From an uncultured Chloroflexota bacterium (GTDB lineage Bacteria > Chloroflexota > Anaerolineae > Anaerolineales > UBA4823): DNA of 49,961 nucleotides. This document shows, piece by piece, positions 43,552-49,961 of the stretch; position 1 is the first letter of the stretch, and every line of letters begins with the position of its first letter. The stretch lies in assembly GCA_903871905.1 (NCBI GenBank), contig CAIQIV010000586.1, positions 1 to 49,961 on the forward strand, given 5' to 3'. The notes beneath the pieces were generated by a model. That model saw nothing but the letters and a program-made list of their open reading frames with translations. It was not told where the DNA came from and made no database searches. The position numbers were made by a program, and so were the translations under genes.

Positions 43552-44796
43552 TTATTCTGGCTGCTGGCGGATCAGGGCATCGGCAAGCTGGTTCAGGCGT
43601 TGTGCATCTTCGGGAGCGGTGTGGTTGGCCTGCCAGTACAGGTCCAGCAGCTCCAGAGGGGCGAGGCTGCCGATAGCTTGGTCGCCGGGCAGGCGGATGC
43701 GGCTCTCCATGCGCGGCCGCCGCACCACCTGGAAGTCAAAGGACGCCTCGGCATACTCACGCAGCGAGGCCTCATCAATCAGGGCTTCCCACTCCTTAGG
43801 GTAGTCAATGGTCAGGCGGACAATGGCATCCTGGAGTTTGGCAGGCTCAGGAAGGGCGGACAGCAGCCGGCTGGTGATGTCTGCTGGCGGCGCCCCGTTG
43901 CTTTCCAGATTCACCGCCCGGTCCACAAAGCGGCGGATGCCCTGCAGGATACGCCACTCCACCTGGGAGCGGCCGCGTTCCACCTGGGCGATGATGAAGT
44001 ATTTATCGTCGCCAGCCTCGCCCCAGTCTACCCGTTCGATGGAGCCGGGGTAGATCACCGGCGGGTGGGAGCCCTCGTTCAGGTCCTGGGCTTTGTGAAT
44101 GTGCCCCAGGGCGACGTAATCCAGGCGCGGGTCACAAACCAGTGAACGCGGCAGGACCAGGTCACGGCCCAGCATCACACTGCGTTCGCCGCCATACACC
44201 GCACCCTGGATGGAACAGTGCGCCGCCATCAACAGGGGCAGAGACGGATCCACCCGGCTCTCAAACCATTTTCCGATAAGCAGGTGGATTAATTCTGAAA
44301 GGTCCTCATAGACCTGCTCCATGTCGCCTGGCAGGTTTCCCTGCCTGGCCAGGAAGGAGGAGCGCGGCGCCCAGGGCAGAGCCATCAGCTGCAGCGGGAC
44401 GCCGTCCAGGTCCTGCGGGCCCAGGAAGGCCGGCTTTTCAATCACGTGGACAAAGGGCACCTGCAGCGTGTCGAAAGCTTCCATGGCGTGGGCGCGGCCC
44501 AGGGCGGGCGCCAGGTCGTGATTTCCGACCAGCAGCACGGTGGGGATGCGCGCCTGCGCCAGGCGCATGATGCGCTTCCCCCATTCACGTTGGAAGGTGG
44601 GAGATGGATTGCGATCCCGGTAGGCGTCCCCGGCAAAGATCACCAGATCCACATGTTCATCGATGGCGGATTGGATGATCGTGTCCAGGGACTTGAGAAA
44701 GTCCATCACCCGCGCCGGCAGACCGCTGCCGGGGTCATGGCGGCCGTAGTTGATCATATCGATATGGGCGTCGGCAAAGTGCAGGATCTTTGGCAT
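43552..44796 (-). CDS. sbcD: SbcD/Mre11-family nuclease (calcineurin-like metallophosphoesterase)
   Basis: Motifs HFADAHID, FAGDAYRDRNP, VGNHD, AAHCSIQG and GHIH, with an SbcD-like C-terminal domain. Only 6 nt separate it from the upstream gene. Confidence 0.85.
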   Translation of the reverse strand: MPKILHFADAHIDMINYGRHDPGSGLPARVMDFLKSLDTIIQSAIDEHVDLVIFAGDAYRDRNPSPTFQREWGKRIMRLAQARIPTVLLVGNHDLAPALGRAHAMEAFDTLQVPFVHVIEKPAFLGPQDLDGVPLQLMALPWAPRSSFLARQGNLPGDMEQVYEDLSELIHLLIGKWFESRVDPSLPLLMAAHCSIQGAVYGGERSVMLGRDLVLPRSLVCDPRLDYVALGHIHKAQDLNEGSHPPVIYPGSIERVDWGEAGDDKYFIIAQVERGRSQVEWRILQGIRRFVDRAVNLESNGAPPADITSRLLSALPEPAKLQDAIVRLTIDYPKEWEALIDEASLREYAEASFDFQVVRRPRMESRIRLPGDQAIGSLAPLELLDLYWQANHTAPEDAQRLNQLADALIRQQPE

Positions 44797-44802
44797 AACT
44801 TT

Positions 44803-46104
44803 CTAAGGTGTCACGCCCAGGAGCTGGAGCTGCTCCAGGCTGGGTTGGAAGCGCGGGTGGTATTTGATGCTGGCCTTGAAGTCGTCGATGGCGCCCTGGG
44901 TATCGCCCAGGGCCAGCCGGGCGCGCCCGCGCCAGTAGTAGCTTTCCTCAAGGATCGGCTCGTTGCTGGCATCCAGGGTGCTGGTCGCCAGGTCAATCAC
45001 GTCCTGGTAGCGCTGGCTGTAATAATAAGCGAAGTATGGACCGGTCTGGTACCACAACATACGCCAGGGGCGCTCCTTCTCAGGAATGTTGGGATAATTA
45101 GCAAAAGCCGCATCGTACGCTGTTGCGGCGGCGGCATAATCCTTCATGTTCATCAGACTGCTGCCAACATTGTACCAGGCAAAATACAGGTCGCGACCGC
45201 TCAGGATCTGAGTTTCGTCCTGGGCTTTTTGCAGCGCAAGCTGGTAGTTCACGTTGGGATCTGCCTGCGCTCCCAGGATGGAGACCACCTCTGCCTGGCG
45301 CTCGGGTGGATAGATCACGATGTACTGGTAATTGAAGGCGCGCCAGTTATGGAGCAGGTCCTCATAGGGATACGGTTGATTTGGCCCCAGATAGGAGTCC
45401 TGCACCCGGAATTCTGATTTCGCGTCGTCATAAGCGGTGACCACCTCGTAATGTCCCATCCAGCCATCAAACTTTGGCCCTTCGAAACCTTTTTCAACGA
45501 TCACTGGGAAACCGGCAGCGATGAAGCGCTTGAGCGTCTCCAGGTCTCCAGCCACGCGTTGGACAGCTTTGAAGGTGGTCTTCTGCTCCACAAAGTCGAC
45601 CATTTCCCAGGGCATGACGTTCTTATCGCGCGGGTTCGGTTTCATGTAGGCGGCGGTATCCCGCTGGTCGCCCTTCCAGCCCCAGAAAGAAAGCGCCATG
45701 GCCAGGTTGGCGGGACCACAGTTGTTCCACTGCTGGTACTCATGCACCACGCCGCTCAAGGTGACTGCCGGCGGCACGGGGGAAGGGGTGGGGGTAATGG
45801 TGGGAGTGAGGGTCGGTGGCTCGGTGGGGGCTGGAGTGCCGGTCTGGGTCGGCTCAGGGGTAGGACTGGGAAAAGGCGTGCCGGTTGGCTGGGGAGAGGC
45901 CAGCGCAGCCTCGCCAGTATGCTGGCTGGAGGGGACAAAGACCACCTTCTCGGGCGGGTTGAGCGCATACTTGATCCGTGCCTGCAGCTCGCGCAGGCGC
46001 ACATCGGCCCGATCTTTTACGGCTGGCACCTGGTAGACCAACAGCAGGCACAGGCAGGAGAGCACAATACCGATCATGAGAAACCCAATGAGCCTTCGAT
46101 TCAT
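44803..46104 (-). CDS. Membrane-anchored peptidase C39-like / TPR protein, tandem paralogue A
   Basis: Start set at ATG 46104 (MNRRLIGFLMIGIVLSCL). The 42-codon upstream extension of the ORF overlaps the previous gene. Motifs NNCGPANLAMALSFWGW, WMGHYEVVTAYDD and QDSY, with TPR at the C-terminus. Confidence 0.82.
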   Translation of the reverse strand: MNRRLIGFLMIGIVLSCLCLLLVYQVPAVKDRADVRLRELQARIKYALNPPEKVVFVPSSQHTGEAALASPQPTGTPFPSPTPEPTQTGTPAPTEPPTLTPTITPTPSPVPPAVTLSGVVHEYQQWNNCGPANLAMALSFWGWKGDQRDTAAYMKPNPRDKNVMPWEMVDFVEQKTTFKAVQRVAGDLETLKRFIAAGFPVIVEKGFEGPKFDGWMGHYEVVTAYDDAKSEFRVQDSYLGPNQPYPYEDLLHNWRAFNYQYIVIYPPERQAEVVSILGAQADPNVNYQLALQKAQDETQILSGRDLYFAWYNVGSSLMNMKDYAAAATAYDAAFANYPNIPEKERPWRMLWYQTGPYFAYYYSQRYQDVIDLATSTLDASNEPILEESYYWRGRARLALGDTQGAIDDFKASIKYHPRFQPSLEQLQLLGVTP

Positions 46105-46126
46105 ATTGCCACCAGTCTTTCCCCTG

Positions 46127-47461
46127 TTATGGGTTTGCACCCAGTCGATTGAGCTGGTCCAATGCTGGAGCGAAGCCGGGATGGAACTGCAGGGCGGTTC
46201 GCAGGTCGGCAACGCCGCCGCTGGTGTCACCCAGGCTGGCGCGCGCCATTCCCCGCCAGTAATAAGTCTCTTCCAGGTTCTTTTCGCTCTGCATGGCGTT
46301 GAGGGTCGTATCGGCCAGGTTGATCACGTCATAATAACGTCCGGCGTAGAAATAAGCGAAATAGGGACCGGTTTGATACCACACCATGCGCCAGGGCCGT
46401 TCGTTTTGCGGGATGGATGGGTATACCGTATAAGCCTGGTCATAGGCTTCGGCTGCGCCGGCGTAATCCTGCAGCGCCACCAGGCTTGAGCCGCGGTTGA
46501 ACCAGGCAAAGAACTTCTGCAGGCTGTCTTCCTGCGTGTAGATTTCTTCCGAGGCAAGCCGGGCGGCGTGCTCGTAGTTGCTGGATTCAGAGGCATCCGT
46601 CCCCAGGATTTGCTGCACCTCGGCCTCTTTTTCCGCCGGGTAAATCACCAGGTAAGCGTAGTTAAAAGAGCGCCAGCCTTTGATCATCGCTTCATAAGGG
46701 ACCTTAAAGTCTGCCCCGGTGAACGAGTCCTGGGCAATGAACTGCAGCCGGGCATCATCGTAGCCGGTCACCACCTGGTAATGTCCCATCCAGCTCTTTA
46801 CCCCGCTGAGATCGGTGAGATAAGTCCCCTTCTCGACCAGCACCGGGAACCCCGAACTGATGAAACGCTTCAACAGATCGAGGTCGCCGGCCAGGCGGGC
46901 CTGGGCGCGAAGATCCGTCTTCTGGGTGACATAATCCACCATCTCGTAGAGCATGACATTTTTATCTTTGGGGTCCGGTTTGATGGCAGGGCCAACCACG
47001 TCGCGATCGCCATTCCAGCCCCAGAAGGACAGCGCCATTGCCAGGTTTGCCGGGGCGCAGTAATTCCAGCGACCATGTTGGTCTTCGTATTTCACGCCCT
47101 TTAGGGCGGCGCGAGTGGGCAGCGGGGCCAGCGTGGGGCCAGGCAGGGTTTGTTCGGGCTGGGCGGCAGGCTGCAGTGGAGCCGGGACAGCCTGGAGATC
47201 CGGAGCATCCGGGACGGCGGTGGGTGTGACTGCTGCTGGGGGCAGGGTGGCTCCCGGGGTGACATGCACTGCTGGCGGAGGCAATGCGCTGGCTTTTTGC
47301 GGCACGAAGACCGCCTGCTCCGGGGGGTTGAGCATATATTTGACGCGCAGCACCTGCTCGTCCACCCGCCAGGCCAGTCGTTCATGCACCGGCGGCAGGA
47401 AATATATCCCGGCGCACAGCAGCGGCAGGCTCATGAGGAGCAGGGCTGTGCGCCGCTTCAT
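46127..47461 (-). CDS. Membrane-anchored peptidase C39-like / TPR protein, tandem paralogue B
   Basis: Start set at ATG 47461 (MKRRTALLLMSLPLLCAGIYF), which overlaps the upstream stop as ATGA. Motifs WNYCAPANLAMALSFWGW, WMGHYQVVTGYDD and QDSF, plus TPR. Confidence 0.82.
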   Translation of the reverse strand: MKRRTALLLMSLPLLCAGIYFLPPVHERLAWRVDEQVLRVKYMLNPPEQAVFVPQKASALPPPAVHVTPGATLPPAAVTPTAVPDAPDLQAVPAPLQPAAQPEQTLPGPTLAPLPTRAALKGVKYEDQHGRWNYCAPANLAMALSFWGWNGDRDVVGPAIKPDPKDKNVMLYEMVDYVTQKTDLRAQARLAGDLDLLKRFISSGFPVLVEKGTYLTDLSGVKSWMGHYQVVTGYDDARLQFIAQDSFTGADFKVPYEAMIKGWRSFNYAYLVIYPAEKEAEVQQILGTDASESSNYEHAARLASEEIYTQEDSLQKFFAWFNRGSSLVALQDYAGAAEAYDQAYTVYPSIPQNERPWRMVWYQTGPYFAYFYAGRYYDVINLADTTLNAMQSEKNLEETYYWRGMARASLGDTSGGVADLRTALQFHPGFAPALDQLNRLGANP

Positions 47462-48780
47462 GGAAGGGCGATCCCCAGGCTGCTCAGCTGCTGGCGCGGC
47501 AGGGAATAATTCGGGTTGAGGCTGGCGGCGCGCTGCAGGTCGGCGATCCCGCTTTCTTGCTCGCCAATCGCCAGGCGCGCCATGCCGCGCCAGTAGAGGG
47601 ATTCTTCCAGGGTGGGGGTAGCCAGGTACGCCAGGGTGGTATTGGCCAGGTTGATCACATCCTGGTAGCGCCCGGCGCCGTAGTAGGCGGCATATGGCCC
47701 CTGCTGGTACCACAGCATGCGCCAGGGACGGTCTGCTTCCTCAACGCGCGGATACAGGGCAAAGGCCAGGTCGTAAGCCTGGGCAGCCCCGGCATACTCT
47801 TGCAGCTCCGCCAGACTGGTTCCCAGGTTGAAGTAGGCGAAAAACAGGTCGCGGCCAAAGAACTGCTTGCTTTCCTGGATCGCCCGGTCTGCAGCCGCGC
47901 GCAGGTTGTATTCCGCGTCGGCGTCCGGTCCCAGCACCATCAGCAGCGCGGCCTCGCGGGCGGGTTCATAAACGACCACATACACGTAGTTGAAATCCCG
48001 CCAACGCTCCTGCATCTGGTCATAGGGCAGGGGAAAATCGGGCATGATGTAAGCATCCTGGGTGATGAATTTGCCGCGGCGGTCATCATAGCCGCTGACC
48101 AGCTCGTAATGCCCCATCCAATCTTCCTTGGGCAGCTCGAAACCCTTTTCTACGATCACCGGGAACCCGGCCGCGGTCAGCCTTTTGAGCAGCTCGATGC
48201 TGCCGCCGTAGCGCCGCATGGCTTTGAGCCCGGCCTGGGTTTCGACAAAGGTGACCATCTCAGATGGCGAGACGTTCTTGTCATCAACATCATCCGCAAG
48301 GGGGCGCAGGTAGGAGCGGGTCTTGATCTGGTTGCCCTTCCAGCCCCAGTATGACAGGGCCATGGAGAGGGTCGCCGGCCCGCAGTTGTTGAATTTTTGA
48401 TACTCGTGGGTGATTCCCTTGAGCACCACGGCAGTGGGGATGGCGGTGGGCGTGGGGCCAGGCGTCGGTGAGGCGGTAGGGGTTTCGCTGGGAGCAGGCA
48501 GTGTGGCCGTTGCGGGAGATGGGAGCAGGGTAGGTGTGGCTGAAGCAGGTTCGGCCACAGGCGGTGTGGTGGGCGAAGCGGCCGGGAGAGTGGGGAGCGG
48601 GTTCTGCTGCTGAGGGATGAAGACCGCCTGCTGCGGCGGGTTCAAAGCATAATAGACCTGGGTACGCCAGCTTTCCAACCGCCAGGCAAGTCGATCATGT
48701 ACCGGGGGCAGGTGATATACCAGGATGGCGATCAAACACAGCGCCAGCAGCCCGGCTGCTATCCAGATTCGAGAGCGCAT
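47458..48780 (-). CDS. Membrane-anchored peptidase C39-like / TPR protein, tandem paralogue C
   Basis: The ORF opens at ATG 48789, but that codon lies inside a TGaTATAAT box. ATG 48780 (MRSRIWIAAGLLALCL) sits 7 nt after the box. Motifs NNCGPATLSMALSYWGW, WMGHYELVSGYDD and QDAY, plus TPR. Confidence 0.82.
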   Translation of the reverse strand: MRSRIWIAAGLLALCLIAILVYHLPPVHDRLAWRLESWRTQVYYALNPPQQAVFIPQQQNPLPTLPAASPTTPPVAEPASATPTLLPSPATATLPAPSETPTASPTPGPTPTAIPTAVVLKGITHEYQKFNNCGPATLSMALSYWGWKGNQIKTRSYLRPLADDVDDKNVSPSEMVTFVETQAGLKAMRRYGGSIELLKRLTAAGFPVIVEKGFELPKEDWMGHYELVSGYDDRRGKFITQDAYIMPDFPLPYDQMQERWRDFNYVYVVVYEPAREAALLMVLGPDADAEYNLRAAADRAIQESKQFFGRDLFFAYFNLGTSLAELQEYAGAAQAYDLAFALYPRVEEADRPWRMLWYQQGPYAAYYGAGRYQDVINLANTTLAYLATPTLEESLYWRGMARLAIGEQESGIADLQRAASLNPNYSLPRQQLSSLGIALP

Positions 48781-48787
48781 GGGGGCC

Positions 48788-48796
48788 ATTATATCA
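48788..48796 (-). promoter_or_regulatory. Extended -10 TGaTATAAT, 7 nt before ATG 48780 (leaderless-transcript candidate)
   Basis: The plus-strand sequence ATTATATCA at 48788-48796 reads TGATATAAT on the minus strand. Confidence 0.45.
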
Positions 48797-48848
48797 CGAA
48801 CGAACTCCCGGTAATTTTGCTAATATTTATCATAATAATCCAAGATTG

Positions 48849-48857
48849 TGGTACAAT
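48849..48857 (+). promoter_or_regulatory. Extended -10 TGgTACAAT, 9 nt before ATG 48867 (near-leaderless candidate)
   Basis: TGGTACAAT at 48849-48857, with no SD before the ATG. Confidence 0.4.
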
Positions 48858-48866
48858 CGGCGCATT

Positions 48867-49961
48867 ATGTTAGCCGGTACCTATGGAAAAAGCCAGGCTC
48901 GCCTGCTGCTCAAAGTGCAGTGGCTGGTGTTACTCATCCTGTGTGGATCGACGCTGGTGGGTGGATATATGTTCCTGGACCGCATCTGGGGAGGCGGGGA
49001 TAAAGCCGTGCGCTGGGCCATCCAGGCGCTGCTGGTCCTGGCTTATTTGCTGTGGGTGCTTTGGGCAAACCTGGAGGCCAATGTGCGGCCCGGCGAGGAG
49101 CAGCTGCTGCCTGCCCTGGGAGCAGGGAACTGGATGACGCTGGCGCGCGGCGTATTGATCGCCGCTCTGGCCGGTTTTCTGTTTTCTCCACGCCCGCCGG
49201 GTGCGGCTGCCTGGCTGCCCGGATCGATCTATTTCCTGGCCGTCGCCGCCGATTTTCTGGATGGGTACCTGGCGCGCCTCACCCGGCATGTCACCTGCCT
49301 GGGGGAGAGGCTGGATATGGGGCTGGACGGGCTGGGGGTGCTGGTGGCTGCCGGGCTGGCGGTTGGCTATGGACAGGCTCCTGCCTGGTTTATTCTGGTA
49401 GGCCTGGCGCGCTATCTCTTTCTCCTGGGCCTGTGGCTGCGCCAGCGCCTGGGGAAACCGGTGTATGACCTGTCTCCGTCGGTCAGCCGGCGCACCATGG
49501 CCGGGCTGCAGATGGGCTTTATGGCAGTGATGCTGTGGCCGCTTTTCTCCCCGCCCGGGATCCGCCTGGCGGCCGCCTGTTTTGCCCTGCCGTTCCTGGC
49601 CGGCTTTACCCGGGATTGGCTGACCGCCAGCGGGATGCTGCGCGGCCAGCCGGGGGCGGCAGCGCAGCGCATCCCCTGGCTGACCCTGGCGCTGCGCTTT
49701 GCGGCGGTCCTGCTGGGTGTAGGCCAGCTGGTTCTATCAGTACAGCAGTTTTCCTCCCTGGCGCAGCAGTTGGATGCGACGGGTGCGCCCTGGTCAGAAT
49801 GGGCCGTGTGGTTGTGGATAGGGCTGCAGGCGGCAGTCACTGGCATGATCGCCGCGGGTGCGCTGGGACGGGTGTCAGCTGGCGCCGGCCTGGTGCTGCT
49901 GGGCCTGGCCCAGCTGATCCAGCCTCTGGGCGTGCAGCAGGTGCTTCTTATCCCCATCTAT
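48867..49961 (+). CDS. CDP-alcohol phosphatidyltransferase family membrane protein (3' end outside the window)
   Basis: This frame is missing from the ORF track because it has no stop in the window. My own translation runs from ATG 48867 for 365 codons to the window end. It contains the family signature D-x2-DG-x2-AR-x8-G-x3-D-x3-D as DFLDGYLARLTRHVTCLGERLDMGLD, and it is multi-TM throughout. Confidence 0.8.
   Translation, partial: MLAGTYGKSQARLLLKVQWLVLLILCGSTLVGGYMFLDRIWGGGDKAVRWAIQALLVLAYLLWVLWANLEANVRPGEEQLLPALGAGNWMTLARGVLIAALAGFLFSPRPPGAAAWLPGSIYFLAVAADFLDGYLARLTRHVTCLGERLDMGLDGLGVLVAAGLAVGYGQAPAWFILVGLARYLFLLGLWLRQRLGKPVYDLSPSVSRRTMAGLQMGFMAVMLWPLFSPPGIRLAAACFALPFLAGFTRDWLTASGMLRGQPGAAAQRIPWLTLALRFAAVLLGVGQLVLSVQQFSSLAQQLDATGAPWSEWAVWLWIGLQAAVTGMIAAGALGRVSAGAGLVLLGLAQLIQPLGVQQVLLIPIY

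Noticed and set aside
47462-47713. N-terminal extensions of the ORF-track entries: 84 codons on 46127-47713, and 42 codons on 44803-46230 (46105-46230).
   Set aside because: The extensions overlap the 3' ends of the upstream paralogues and are Pro/Arg/Gly-rich. All paralogues align from a basic residue cluster plus TM helix that begins at the internal ATGs (47461 and 46104).
44446-48354. Long plus-strand ORFs (44446-45417, 45451-46152, 46568-47104, 47557-48354) antisense to sbcD and the C39/TPR array.
   Set aside because: The minus-strand frames contain conserved catalytic and TPR motifs shared by four paralogues. The plus-strand frames are Gly/Arg/Val-rich shadows.
48883-49957. ORF-track entries 48883-49137, 49052-49468, 49201-49401 (plus strand) and 49412-49957 (minus strand).
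   Set aside because: The frame that starts at ATG 48867 is open to the window end and carries the CDP-alcohol phosphatidyltransferase signature. The listed ORFs are alternative frames with Cys/Trp/Arg/Gly-rich nonsense composition.
1-49961. Search by eye for tRNA, rRNA, CRISPR arrays, transposases, integrases and inverted terminal repeats.
   Set aside because: No T-arm/acceptor-like sequences in the intergenic gaps, no regularly spaced direct repeats, and no recombinase-like ORFs. The window looks like core chromosome.

Overview
Gene-dense, GC-rich bacterial chromosomal segment. I call 44 protein-coding genes, one of which runs off the 3' end. I saw no rRNA, tRNA, CRISPR array, transposase or integrase. 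Housekeeping genes (cspA, clpB, lipB, radA, dus, holA, a RumA/RlmD-type methyltransferase) are interleaved with envelope, protease and signalling genes. The protein styles look Chloroflexota/Anaerolineae-like (Pro/Thr-rich linkers after N-terminal anchors, C39-like/TPR paralogues, several apparently leaderless starts), but that is inference only. The most notable observations are: (1) A 280-nt non-coding gap at 34259-34538 whose minus strand carries the conserved core of a c-di-GMP-I (GEMM) riboswitch plus a terminator/antiterminator platform, in front of a sortase-like gene. (2) A terminator-bounded operon at 15281-19016 encoding a sensor-less histidine-kinase-like protein with degenerate ATP-binding boxes, an MCP and CheW, but no CheA or CheY. 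(3) A 735-aa fusion of a catalytically degenerate GspE/PilB-type ATPase domain to GAF and PP2C/SpoIIE phosphatase domains. (4) A tight minus-strand cluster from 48780 down to 42517 with three tandem membrane-anchored C39-like peptidase/TPR paralogues (a fourth copy is at 1441), an SbcD/Mre11-like nuclease without SbcC, and a protein carrying a WGDPHVD self-cleavage-type motif. (5) A secreted protein with 14 beta-propeller-like repeats. (6) Two HtrA-type proteases translationally coupled to a LuxR regulator with a pseudo-receiver. Several sigma70-type promoters, intrinsic terminators and operator-like palindromes are readable by eye. All domain calls are from motif recognition only; no searches were run.
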